A stretch of 64,000 nucleotides of DNA. It comes from Patescibacteria group bacterium (lineage in GTDB: Bacteria; Patescibacteriota; Minisyncoccia; Moranbacterales; UBA9337). Position numbers and translations under genes: made by a program. The stretch is from the NCBI GenBank assembly GCA_042569905.1, contig JBHPHA010000002.1, positions 3,756 to 67,755 of the forward strand, given 5' to 3'. Shown here in pieces: positions 12,537 through 22,041 of the stretch (the first letter of the stretch is position 1; each line of letters opens with the position of its first letter). A model generated the notes under the pieces. It had not been told where the DNA came from. It made no database searches and saw only the letters and a program-made list of their open reading frames with translations.

Positions 12537-12894
12537 GTATTTAAATAGATTGGGTGTAGACTCTTTTGTTGATCTTTATTGTCACTGTTCTTTACTAATT
12601 ATCTGCTCTCAAGTAACGCAAGCTGTTTGTGATATTGCAAGTTACTCACTAATTTCCTTCAAATACTTCTTCATAGCTCCTCAGTGGATTTAATTTCTTG
12701 ATTATCAATTCCTAAAAATATAGTTCTAACTAGATGGGTAAATTAATCTCGTACAACTGGAGTGATTCTAGTTTCAATCCATATCTACTGCCTCATGCTA
12801 AGCCATTATTTGATTTTATTATACTACCATGATAACATAATTCCAGGTTGAATTGCTCTTTTTATCTAAAAAGTTACTACTTATAGGAGTAAGT

Positions 12895-13341
12895 ATGTCT
12901 GATCAAAAAACGGTAGCGATAATATTGTGGAGCTATCCGAAAATTGTAACCATTCACAGAAAAAGTGGTGTTTTTTATGCAAGAGAAATTGATGTAACGC
13001 GTGATACATGTCTCGAACACACATCAGAAATGATCATTCCACCACACAATAACAAATTCAAAACCCACTGGTCTTCCAGAACGGGTTTGGAATTGCAATC
13101 AGAAAAGTACCGGAATTGGAAAAGCATTTCACTAGAATCAAAGAATTCCGAAACAGCCACGGGTATTGCTCTCAGAGAATTGGCCAAAAGACTTCTCTAT
13201 TTATTTACAATCATCATAGCATTGGCGCATCCAGATGACTCATACCTTGACGGCCTGGATCGTGAAAATCTTGGCATTGAAAATGACGAGATTCTTTTCA
13301 TCAACCAAACTATGCGTAAAATTAAAAAGGAAGACAGCTAG
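12895..13341 (+). CDS. hypothetical protein
   Basis: ATG 12895 preceded by taggagtaagt RBS; the track TTG start at 12853 is less likely. Confidence 0.5.
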   Translation: MSDQKTVAIILWSYPKIVTIHRKSGVFYAREIDVTRDTCLEHTSEMIIPPHNNKFKTHWSSRTGLELQSEKYRNWKSISLESKNSETATGIALRELAKRLLYLFTIIIALAHPDDSYLDGLDRENLGIENDEILFINQTMRKIKKEDS

Positions 13342-13362
13342 ACACTAGCTCTTCCTATATCA

Positions 13363-13395
13363 AATAACCGAGCCCATAACATGGACCCGGTTATT
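13363..13395. terminator. bidirectional terminator between convergent genes
   Basis: aataaccg..cggttatt stem followed by ttatttttt. Confidence 0.5.
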
Positions 13396-13424
13396 TTATT
13401 TTTGACTATCTTCTGCTACAAATC

Positions 13425-14363
13425 TTAGCCTTCTATCTCCTTTAGATAATCCGCCAATGCCTCCTTGTAGCTTCTCAACGGATTCAACTTTTTGTTTATA
13501 AGCACTGAGAAAAATGGTCTCTTAGCTGGGCGAGGAAATTCTTCTCCTGACACAGGAGAAATCTTAGTCTCAATCCCCGCTTGACGGTAAAGCTCCACGA
13601 CTGCCTCATACCAAGTACAAGCATCACTATTAATTATATGATATATCCCGAAATCCTTTTTAGATTCAATCATCTCTTTTGATTTCCTCGCTAAATCTGG
13701 TGCATAAGTAAAGCAACTTGTTTCTTCATCAACAGCTTTCACTTCATCATTATTCTTTCCAGCCTCAAGCATCACATCAAAAAAGCTTCTTTTAGCTCCA
13801 TCAGTTTGTGCAGGTTTTCCAAACAACTTTGAAAGACGTACAATATAATATTTTTCACCCTTTTCTTGAGTCTCTTTTTCTCCCATCAATTTACTCTCTC
13901 CGTAACGATTCGTCGGGGCCGTAACATCATCCTCTTTAAATCCAACCTCAGCCTCAAAGTTGTCATGAAGACCACAAGAGCCACAACTTCCTGTACAACC
14001 CTCTGGCTCTGGAATTTCTGGCATACTTTCACCAAAAACATAGTCGGTAGAATAGTGTACAAAAGTAGCGCCAATCTTTTTTGAAATCTCTGCCAAGTAT
14101 CCAGGAGCTAGTCCATTCAACTTCTTTGCCTTTTCAAATTCCGAATCATCTTCCTCACAAAGATCCACTGCATTATATGCCGCAGCATTTAGAATAATCT
14201 CCGGACCAAGTTCTTCAATTTTATTGAAAGACTCATCCTTATTAGTTGTATCGATTTCATTCCTATCCCAGTCAAAAACCTCATAATCACTATCATCCTC
14301 AAAAACAGAGACTAATTCTTGCCCCAGCATTCCCTTTGAACCCACTATCAAAACTTTTTTCAT
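13425..14363 (-). CDS. rmlD: dTDP-4-dehydrorhamnose reductase with a ~38-aa Cys-rich insertion
   Basis: MKKVLIVGSKGMLGQEL Rossmann N-terminus, STDYVF and YGESKLMGE catalytic region; insertion holds CTGSCGSC. Confidence 0.85.
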   Translation of the reverse strand: MKKVLIVGSKGMLGQELVSVFEDDSDYEVFDWDRNEIDTTNKDESFNKIEELGPEIILNAAAYNAVDLCEEDDSEFEKAKKLNGLAPGYLAEISKKIGATFVHYSTDYVFGESMPEIPEPEGCTGSCGSCGLHDNFEAEVGFKEDDVTAPTNRYGESKLMGEKETQEKGEKYYIVRLSKLFGKPAQTDGAKRSFFDVMLEAGKNNDEVKAVDEETSCFTYAPDLARKSKEMIESKKDFGIYHIINSDACTWYEAVVELYRQAGIETKISPVSGEEFPRPAKRPFFSVLINKKLNPLRSYKEALADYLKEIEG

Positions 14364-14507
14364 ATAATTAAATCCTTAAATAAATTAAGCTATTATTCTT
14401 ACTTCTATTGATTTTCTTTAATTTAACAGTAACCAGTAGTCAAATTGTAGCACACTGAAACTTTTTTTGAAATATAAAAAGGATGTTGATTTTCAACACC
14501 CTTTACT

Positions 14508-14696
14508 TTATTTTTCACTTTTAATAACCCAGATAATCATTTTAGTTCCGATCGGTCCTGTGAAAGTAACTATTGGAGTAAACCAAAACAAAAACCATTC
14601 TTTGTTTCTGCAAATTGAAATAATACAGAAAATCAGATTAAACAACATACAGAATCCCCACAAAAGCTCAAGCACCTGCCTCACAGTTGTCCACAT
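14508..14696 (-). CDS. possible small membrane protein
   Basis: 62-aa hydrophobic ORF with a hairpin terminator (~14476-14510) just downstream; weak. Confidence 0.3.
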   Translation of the reverse strand: MWTTVRQVLELLWGFCMLFNLIFCIISICRNKEWFLFWFTPIVTFTGPIGTKMIIWVIKSEK

Positions 14697-14791
14697 AGTT
14701 TACCCCCATTCTAAGCTTCACATCATTGAGTTAAATAAAAAGACGAGAAAGTATTACTTTACTCGTCCTTAATTTTGAAACAACACGAAAA

Positions 14792-15205
14792 CTACTCCTT
14801 TACAGAATCGCCTAAGGAAGCGGGGCTGAAGGTGGCAATGATTTTTCTAATCGAAGCCATCCTCTTCTCAGTTCCCTCAATTGAATCAGAAAACATTTCT
14901 TCATATTCTTTTGCGGATTCTTTCGCCTCAATCACCCGCTGCTCCAAATCAGCAATTTCCTGAGCATTCATTTCACTAGTAAGCTTACCCTGCTTAATCA
15001 ATGTCTCTTTTTCGATTGCCATTTTTCTCAGAAGAATCTCTCCTTCAGATAGAAATCTCGGATCGATATCCAAACAATCCAAAATGGATCCCATAATCAC
15101 ATCAATTGAAGATATATCTTTCCCCTCAAGTTTTTCGAAAATATCTTCTAACTGCTCAATACCCAGAGAAATCTGTGGACTCTTTTTTTCTTCAAAAATA
15201 CTCAT
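14792..15205 (-). CDS. hypothetical acidic helical protein
   Basis: ATG 15205 with aagggag RBS; terminator hairpin gacgag..ctcgtc at ~14737-14772. Confidence 0.55.
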   Translation of the reverse strand: MSIFEEKKSPQISLGIEQLEDIFEKLEGKDISSIDVIMGSILDCLDIDPRFLSEGEILLRKMAIEKETLIKQGKLTSEMNAQEIADLEQRVIEAKESAKEYEEMFSDSIEGTEKRMASIRKIIATFSPASLGDSVKE

Positions 15206-15368
15206 GATCAACTCCCTTTCCTAAACTTTACAAACAACAGCGTCCTCTTATTGAAATTATCACCCCTACGACTAAAAGTCAAATAACACACTAGCAATTC
15301 GCCATATAAAAAAATCCATCGAATATTATTCATTCGATGGATTTCATTTTGGCAGATAGTACTACTAT

Positions 15369-16127
15369 CTAATTAACGATACAAACCTTCCAATCATTAT
15401 TAATCACTAATTCGCCGAGTATTGCATTTTGAATAACCAATTCCCACATCACAAATGAGGTCAGGTGAAAACTAGTCAGCAGAAATAAGCCTTCGCGAAC
15501 CTTTGCATTTTGATCAGAAAAACTGTATGCTTTGATTTTTTTAACATATCTCTCTATAACCGTTGAACAAGCCTTTTCGGCGTCAGTCATCTCCCGTATA
15601 ATCTGAAGATTTTCTGGCAATTTCACATTAATTCTGTCAAATTTGCCTTCAGCTAGAACACTTAGGATATCCTCTACAAAACTACCTCGAAACAATCCTT
15701 CGACGCCACCCACATCTTTTATTTCCAAGAAATCCTTAGAAGCTTTCTCGTCATTGGGATTACCCCAAATAAAGCCTTCAAATAATGCACCACTTTCTTC
15801 CCCTGGAAACCTATGATAGTAAGAATTTCCCATGTGCTTATCGATAATCCCATGCCCATTTATCAATCTATTGATTTTTGGATAGTCACCGCTAGATTCG
15901 AGCATCATCATGAAAAGCGAATCACGTTTCATGTAAGAATACATCCCACTAATTTTAGTAAGTGCTTTCTCAAGAGCGCTCGCATTCCCAATAGGCGCTA
16001 CATTGGGTGGAATAGCTGGAAATTGAAATTGATCATCATCTTGACCAAGCGTCATTGCGATATCCTCAATAATTGTATTTTGAAATACATTCCCAATTGT
16101 ACCCAAATCCAGATCACACTTAGACAT
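15369..16127 (-). CDS. hypothetical protein
   Basis: 252 aa; AGGAGA RBS 7 nt upstream; terminator at ~15308-15343. Confidence 0.6.
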   Translation of the reverse strand: MSKCDLDLGTIGNVFQNTIIEDIAMTLGQDDDQFQFPAIPPNVAPIGNASALEKALTKISGMYSYMKRDSLFMMMLESSGDYPKINRLINGHGIIDKHMGNSYYHRFPGEESGALFEGFIWGNPNDEKASKDFLEIKDVGGVEGLFRGSFVEDILSVLAEGKFDRINVKLPENLQIIREMTDAEKACSTVIERYVKKIKAYSFSDQNAKVREGLFLLTSFHLTSFVMWELVIQNAILGELVINNDWKVCIVN

Positions 16128-16293
16128 AGCTTGTCTCCTTTTTTTAAAAGAATAATAAAGAACTCTCTATCAGATAAGTATCACTACTTGCACATAAGTG
16201 TAGCGGAACTTAGATGAATATGTCAAGTTTTATCACTCGGATAACAAAAACCATTCACACAAGGCAAATGGTTTTTTTATTGAAAAGTATTTC

Positions 16294-16956
16294 TTACAAG
16301 CTTACATATTTCACTGGCAACACTCTCTTGTACACCCCAGCAATCACAAACGTGTCTGTTTCGTGAATGAAAATTGGTTGATGAGTACTGTTGCTTGATT
16401 TTGGAAAAAGACCAATTACACCCTTACTCACCTTTTTGAATCTCTTGATTGTTGCCATACCATTAATCACTGCTACAACAATTTTTCCCTCAAGAACATC
16501 TTGGTTATCATATTTTTCAAAAACCACATAATCACCATCATTGATATTTTCTTTATCCATAGAATCTCCCAAAGCTTTTACTGCAAAAAGTTTTGCTGGC
16601 TCTGATCTCCTAAAGAGACTTTTGGAAATCTGGAGGTATCCATCGACATTATCCTGAGCATACGCCAATGCCTCACCACAAGAAGCTAGTCCATAAAGAG
16701 GTATGGAAAAAATGTTTCCCAAATTCGCATAACTCTCGTTTTCAATTAAATATATGCGCCTGTCCTCATCTCTCTTTATGATTTCTTTCCTCTCAAGGGC
16801 TTCAATGACCTGAGTCACTGATTTTAAGCTTTCAGATTGACCCTGAGTTTCAAGCTCTTTTTGTAGTCTGTAGCTTGTTGGATTCTCCTTGCTTTGCTCA
16901 ATAAATCCCCTGATAGCCTCCAAAATGTTTTTCTGTTTTGTTGTTAACTTTTGCAT
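16294..16956 (-). CDS. lexA: LexA-like repressor (wHTH + S24 peptidase)
   Basis: N-terminus MQKLTTKQKNILEAIRGFI; cleavage-site-like SCGEALA; KALGDSM (Ser) and ATIKRF (Lys) catalytic motifs. Confidence 0.85.
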   Translation of the reverse strand: MQKLTTKQKNILEAIRGFIEQSKENPTSYRLQKELETQGQSESLKSVTQVIEALERKEIIKRDEDRRIYLIENESYANLGNIFSIPLYGLASCGEALAYAQDNVDGYLQISKSLFRRSEPAKLFAVKALGDSMDKENINDGDYVVFEKYDNQDVLEGKIVVAVINGMATIKRFKKVSKGVIGLFPKSSNSTHQPIFIHETDTFVIAGVYKRVLPVKYVSL

Positions 16957-16987
16957 ATTTTTTTAGTTAAAAATACCTTACAGTGTT

Positions 16988-17016
16988 ATTATATCACTAT
17001 ATTATATCTCTGCCAA
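16988..17016 (-). promoter_or_regulatory. lexA promoter TTGGCA-N17-TATAAT with overlapping inverted repeat AGTG-N9-CACT
   Basis: Minus strand reads ttggca gagatataatatagtga tataat; IR at 16982-16998 spans the -10. Confidence 0.5.
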
Positions 17017-17085
17017 ATTTCTGCTTGTGGATAAATAAAAAACGACCATCGATTTTTCGATAGTCGCTATGGATCCCTTTACTAT

Positions 17086-17346
17086 TTAAGGCTCGTAACA
17101 CAAATTACCCACATCCTCGTCGAATTGCCACCCCAGCGACGCCAACTTCTTCGTATCATCCTCAGAGATTCCGACTTCAACGAGATCATCTCCATCCACA
17201 GAATGAGCATGGCCATCTGAAACTGCAGAAAGACTTTGTGAATCTGGGAGGTATCTTTTGATAATTACCAACCCTTCAAAATAACCGTCTCCACTATAGA
17301 ATCTTCGATTTTTACTCATAATTTCTTCGAATTTTTTCAAATTCAT
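17086..17346 (-). CDS. hypothetical protein
   Basis: 86 aa; GGAGGG RBS overlaps the stop of the upstream gene. Confidence 0.55.
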   Translation of the reverse strand: MNLKKFEEIMSKNRRFYSGDGYFEGLVIIKRYLPDSQSLSAVSDGHAHSVDGDDLVEVGISEDDTKKLASLGWQFDEDVGNLCYEP

Positions 17347-17355
17347 CTTACCCTC

Positions 17356-17973
17356 CTAATTCTTGAATATATTCTCAAATGACTTCTTTGTATGATCTGG
17401 AATGAGGCCTTCCTCCTCATGAGGCTCGAGCATTTCGACGGTTCCACCAAAATTGGCAACCTGTTTTTTGACCCATTCTAGGAAATAGACACCGGCTTCG
17501 TCGTCCTTCATATCCTGAGCCTCTAAAGTCAATTCACGGAAAGACTTTTTCACATAAGTCGACCTGAGATCTTGTATTAAATTTTTAATAAGATCCTTTT
17601 TATTCGCAACGATCTCCTTGTTCAACTTGAAGCTTAAGACTTTTATAATAAAACATATGTCATCAATTTCATGACTCATGCCCAACCTCAGCCCTCTGAT
17701 ACCAAATACCGGCATTCCTTTGATATCAAAAACCCAATTACGCTTATGTATATCTTCTTCAATTTCTGCGTTAAACTTCTCCACATACAAATCAACGCGT
17801 ACGCAATCACTTGGAGCTAATTTTTCTTCAAATTCCTCCAAGGAGGCGCGAGATGAATCTACATACAGACACAGAAAGTTTGAGTTATCTGGGTACGGAT
17901 TCCCATAAGCCTCAAACCTATGACACCGACACCTATCAATTTTTTTATTACAGATTTCAATATTTCTTTTCAT
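17356..17973 (-). CDS. hypothetical protein
   Basis: ATG 17973 with AAGGAG RBS; the track TTG start 17991 is less likely. Confidence 0.6.
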   Translation of the reverse strand: MKRNIEICNKKIDRCRCHRFEAYGNPYPDNSNFLCLYVDSSRASLEEFEEKLAPSDCVRVDLYVEKFNAEIEEDIHKRNWVFDIKGMPVFGIRGLRLGMSHEIDDICFIIKVLSFKLNKEIVANKKDLIKNLIQDLRSTYVKKSFRELTLEAQDMKDDEAGVYFLEWVKKQVANFGGTVEMLEPHEEEGLIPDHTKKSFENIFKN

Positions 17974-18110
17974 TTTTGACTCCTTTGACAAAAAACCGTT
18001 AAAAATAATTCTCTGCTACTAACGCCACAAAATGCAGCAAAAACTCTCCATAATTTACAAATGCCCACTACAGCAACTAACAACTGAATGTATTCTGCTG
18101 GAATTTCCAT
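17970..18110 (-). CDS. small hydrophobic peptide (46 aa), not in ORF track
   Basis: MEIPAEYIQLLVAVVGICKLWRVFAAFCG..; GGAGGG RBS; its TGA overlaps the next ATG (ATGA). Confidence 0.35.
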   Translation of the reverse strand: MEIPAEYIQLLVAVVGICKLWRVFAAFCGVSSRELFLTVFCQRSQK

Positions 18111-18111
18111 T

Positions 18112-18267
18112 TCACCCTCCGCTAATCATTTTAGCGATATGCTTCCATAAAAATCTCAAAGGATTCATTCCTGAACCCTTTGAGATAAATTTTAATACCT
18201 CCCAAAATGTGCCCCCTAATAAAAACAAAACAAGCACAATCAACCAAGTCTCGGATTTACTCCACAT
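18112..18267 (-). CDS. small membrane peptide (51 aa), not in ORF track
   Basis: MWSKSETWLIVLVLFLLGGTFWEVLKF..; AGGAGGT RBS 5 nt upstream; canonical promoter at 18329-18357. Confidence 0.45.
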   Translation of the reverse strand: MWSKSETWLIVLVLFLLGGTFWEVLKFISKGSGMNPLRFLWKHIAKMISGG

Positions 18268-18328
18268 TATTACCTCCTACTACTTATCAAATTGTCAATT
18301 AACCTTCCTTACATTTTACTAACAATTA

Positions 18329-18357
18329 ATATTAGCATAAATTAATATTTTTGTCAA
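18329..18357 (-). promoter_or_regulatory. sigma70-type promoter TTGACA-N17-TAATAT
   Basis: Minus strand: ttgaca aaaatattaatttatgc taatat. Confidence 0.6.
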
Positions 18358-18360
18358 TCA

Positions 18361-18390
18361 AAAAACACCTCAATAAATCGAGGTGTTTTT
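18361..18390 (-). terminator. rpoC terminator
   Basis: aaaaacacctc-gatttatt-gaggtgttttt, 23 nt after the rpoC stop. Confidence 0.7.
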
Positions 18391-18412
18391 GTGTACAATT
18401 ACGTTTTATTGA

Positions 18413-21400
18413 CTATTTCCTAAACCCACTTCCTGCTGGGATCAATCTACCAATAATAACATTTTCTTTTAGACCTTTAAGCTTGTCTTCTTTTCCTTCT
18501 ACAGCAGCGTTAATCAAAACTCTAGCAGTTTCAATAAATGACGCAGCACTCAAGAAAGATTCAGTTGAAAGAGCAACCTTAGTGATTCCAAGAAGCACTG
18601 GACTTCCTTGTGATGGTTCTTTCTTAGCTTTAACCATATTCTCATTGGTTTCATCAAATTTAGATTTTTCAACAACATCACCAACCAAGAATCCTGTATC
18701 ACCAGATGTTTCAATAGCAATTCTACTTAGCATCTGTCTAATGATAACTTCAATATGCTTATCATTAATTGCCTCACCTTGTGAAGCATAGATTTCCTGA
18801 ATTTCACGAACAATATATCTGTGAAGTTCATCTTGTCCCATTGTCTTATAAAGCTTCTTAAGATCAATATGTCCTTCAATAAGCTGAGAACCTTTAGCAA
18901 CCAAATCTCCTTTTTCCACCTTCAACGAAGCGTTTATAGGAACTTGATACTCCTTAGTATTTTTCTTTTCCTCTGCCTCAATTGTAATTGTAAGATTTTT
19001 CTTCCCTTCACCTGTAATACTCTTAACTTTACCATCGATTTCAGAGATCAAAGCTTCACCCTTAGGAGGTCTTACTTCAAAGATTTCTTCAACACGAGGA
19101 AGACCTTGAGTAATATCAGACCCTGCAACACCCCCAATATGGAAGGTACGCATAGTAAGCTGTGTTCCTGGCTCACCAATCGCTTGAGCAGCCACAACAC
19201 CAACAGCCTCACCAATCTTCACTACTCCTCCTCTACCTAAATCTACTCCATAACATTTCTTACAAATTCCACTCTTTGACTTACAGCTAACAACACTTCT
19301 GATTTTAACCTCCTTAATCTTAGCTTCTTCAATTTCTTGAGATTGTTCCTTTGTAACAAGCTCTCCTGCTTCAACAATTGTTTTCTTTGTTTTTGGATTT
19401 ACGATTTTATCCAAAACTGTTCTACCAGCAACACGGCTAGCAAATGCTTGTCCAATTGCATCAGAATCTTCTTTATACAAGAAAGTTCCTTCTGTATCTC
19501 CACAATCCTCCTCACGAACGATAATATCTTGAGATACATCTACAAGTCTTCTAGTTAGATAACCAGCTGTAGCTGTTCTAAGAGCAGTATCAGCCATACC
19601 TTTACGAGCACCATGAGTAGACATGAAATACTCAAGCACATTCAAACCTTCTTTAAATGAACTCTTAACTGGAAGTTCAATCGTTTCACCACTAGCACCA
19701 GCCATAAGACCTCTCATACCCATCATCTGAACAACTACTGATTCGCTACCTCTAGCCTTAGAATAAACCATTGAATAAACAGGACCTTCCTTATCTAAGC
19801 TCTCTCTTACAACCTCAGTAATTTGATTCTTAGCTTCATTCCAAATTTCAATAGATTTATTCTTCTTCTCCTCAGTAGTCAAGAGACCCATGTTAAACTG
19901 ACTCGTTACTGTTTTAATCTTATCTTCTGAAGATTCAATCAAAGCCTTCTTTTCATCTGGAACAATAATGTCATCCATTCCCCAACTAATTCCTGATTGA
20001 GTTGCAGATTTGAACCCAAGAGACTTTACCTCATCCACGAAGTTAGCTGTTTCCTCTTGTCCTTTTGCTTCCAAGATATCAGAAACGATTTGCTTTAACT
20101 CCACCTTAGTCATCTCATTGTTATTGAATCTCATTTCCTCAGGAAGAACTTCATTAAAGATAACTCTTCCGGCTGAAGTTTCAATCAACTCACCATTAAA
20201 CTGAAGCTTGATTCTCTCGTTTACTTTAATAACGTTATTTTGATGAGCTAACATCACCTCGTCAATTGAACAAAAATACTTCGTAGCCTCTGGCGCAGTT
20301 GCTTTAATATGAGTTAGGTAATATATTCCCAAAACAATATCCAATGCAGGAGTTGTAATCGGCTCACCACTAGCGGGCTTTAAAAGATTCTTAGATGAAA
20401 GCATCATATTTGCACATTCATCATGAGCCTTCTTAGTCAAAGGAACATGAACCGCCATCTGATCACCATCGAAATCAGCATTAAACGCTGCACATACCAT
20501 AGGATGAACTCGGATAGCTTTACCTTCAATCAGTTTCGGTTGAAAAGCTTGAATTGAAAGTCTATGCAGGGTTGGTGCACGATTAAGCATCACGAAATGA
20601 TCTCCGATAATATTATCTAGGATTTCATATGCTTCCTCAGCCTCAGCATCAACCATACGCCCAGCTGTTCTAACGTTATGAGCGTATTCTTTTTTGATAA
20701 GATTGTTTATAATAAAAGGTTTGAAAAGTTCAAGAGCCATTTTCTTTGGAAGACCTACTTGATTCAATTTCAATTGTGGACCAACAACGATTACACTCCT
20801 ACCTGAATAATCAACACGTTTACCAAGCAAATTCTGCCTGAAACGACCTTGCTTACCTTTCAACGAGTCAGCAAGTGATCTCAAAGGTCTCTTTTGACCA
20901 GTAGAAGCAGCAACTGAAGCTTGCCCTCTTCTCATACTATTATCAAATAGTGAATCAACAGCCTCTTGAAGCATTCTCTTTTCATTTCTTGTAATAACTT
21001 CAGGAGCCCCAAGACTCATCAATTTCTTCAAACGATTGTTCCTGTTTATAATTCTCCTATAAAGATCATTAAGGTCAGAAGTAGCAAACCTACCTCCATC
21101 TAAAGCAACCATTGGTCGAAGATCTGGTGGAATAACTGGAATTGCAGTTGGGAACATCCACTTAGGCTTTAATCCTGACATATCGAAACCTTGAAGAAGC
21201 TTAATTCTTCTTAGAACTTTTTTGTCATCAACTTTTCTATCAGAATCTAGATCGTCTTGAAGCTTCTTAATTTCAGCCTTAATATTCATCTCATCAAGAA
21301 CTTTTCTAACAGCCTCAGCTCCGATTCCAGCGCTGAAAACCTGACCAAACTTAGTTGAAAGATTGAAGTATCCAATCTCAGAAAGAATCTTAAAAGGTTT

Positions 21401-21988
21401 CAAGCTCTTTAATTCATCACTACTATTTCTATATTCAACATTCAAATCCTTCAGCATATCCTCTTTCTCTTCAGCATCTTCATCACTCTTCTTGATTTCT
21501 TTCTTCTTATTCTTATATTCATTCTCCAACTGATCCATCACTCTATTTTGCGCAGCTTCATCAACGCTAGTCACAAGATAAGCAGAGAAATAAATAACCT
21601 TCTCAATGTCTTGGTAAGAAAGACCCAAAACTAAACCAACTTTAGAAGGAACACCTCTTAGGAACCAGATATGAGAAACTGGTACAGCTAATTCGATGTG
21701 ACCCATTCTTTCACGTCTAACATTAGCACGAGTCACTTCAACTCCACACTTGTCACAAACGATTCCTTTATAACGAATTCTTTTATATTTTCCACAATAA
21801 CATTCCCAATCTTTTGATGGTCCAAATATTTTTTCACAGAATAAACCATCCTTTTCATATCGTTGAGTACGATAATTAATAGTTTCTGGTTTTGTAACCT
21901 CACCAGATGACCACTTCATGATATCCTCTGGGCTAGCCAATTTCAGACGAACACTGCTGAAGTCACTTACTCTAGTATTATTTTCCAT
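18413..21988 (-). CDS. rpoC: DNA-directed RNA polymerase subunit beta'
   Basis: 1191 aa; NADFDGDQM catalytic motif; zinc-binding CYCGKYKRIRYKGIVCDKCG. Confidence 0.98.
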   Translation of the reverse strand: MENNTRVSDFSSVRLKLASPEDIMKWSSGEVTKPETINYRTQRYEKDGLFCEKIFGPSKDWECYCGKYKRIRYKGIVCDKCGVEVTRANVRRERMGHIELAVPVSHIWFLRGVPSKVGLVLGLSYQDIEKVIYFSAYLVTSVDEAAQNRVMDQLENEYKNKKKEIKKSDEDAEEKEDMLKDLNVEYRNSSDELKSLKPFKILSEIGYFNLSTKFGQVFSAGIGAEAVRKVLDEMNIKAEIKKLQDDLDSDRKVDDKKVLRRIKLLQGFDMSGLKPKWMFPTAIPVIPPDLRPMVALDGGRFATSDLNDLYRRIINRNNRLKKLMSLGAPEVITRNEKRMLQEAVDSLFDNSMRRGQASVAASTGQKRPLRSLADSLKGKQGRFRQNLLGKRVDYSGRSVIVVGPQLKLNQVGLPKKMALELFKPFIINNLIKKEYAHNVRTAGRMVDAEAEEAYEILDNIIGDHFVMLNRAPTLHRLSIQAFQPKLIEGKAIRVHPMVCAAFNADFDGDQMAVHVPLTKKAHDECANMMLSSKNLLKPASGEPITTPALDIVLGIYYLTHIKATAPEATKYFCSIDEVMLAHQNNVIKVNERIKLQFNGELIETSAGRVIFNEVLPEEMRFNNNEMTKVELKQIVSDILEAKGQEETANFVDEVKSLGFKSATQSGISWGMDDIIVPDEKKALIESSEDKIKTVTSQFNMGLLTTEEKKNKSIEIWNEAKNQITEVVRESLDKEGPVYSMVYSKARGSESVVVQMMGMRGLMAGASGETIELPVKSSFKEGLNVLEYFMSTHGARKGMADTALRTATAGYLTRRLVDVSQDIIVREEDCGDTEGTFLYKEDSDAIGQAFASRVAGRTVLDKIVNPKTKKTIVEAGELVTKEQSQEIEEAKIKEVKIRSVVSCKSKSGICKKCYGVDLGRGGVVKIGEAVGVVAAQAIGEPGTQLTMRTFHIGGVAGSDITQGLPRVEEIFEVRPPKGEALISEIDGKVKSITGEGKKNLTITIEAEEKKNTKEYQVPINASLKVEKGDLVAKGSQLIEGHIDLKKLYKTMGQDELHRYIVREIQEIYASQGEAINDKHIEVIIRQMLSRIAIETSGDTGFLVGDVVEKSKFDETNENMVKAKKEPSQGSPVLLGITKVALSTESFLSAASFIETARVLINAAVEGKEDKLKGLKENVIIGRLIPAGSGFRK

Positions 21989-22041
21989 ATTTTTATAGTT
22001 AAGTTAAAAGCTTCAATTTAAATTAATTTTTCTTGTTAATT

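Noticed and set aside
12537-12852. 316-bp gene-free gap as a tRNA or structured RNA
   Set aside because: One stretch (gtttcaatcc near 12770) vaguely resembles a T-arm, but no acceptor or anticodon stems can be built. The gap contains a plausible divergent promoter instead.
18032-18791. Plus-strand ORFs 18032..18322 and 18351..18791
   Set aside because: The first is antisense to the two RBS-supported small peptides. The second is antisense to the rpoC 3' end and starts inside the rpoC terminator.
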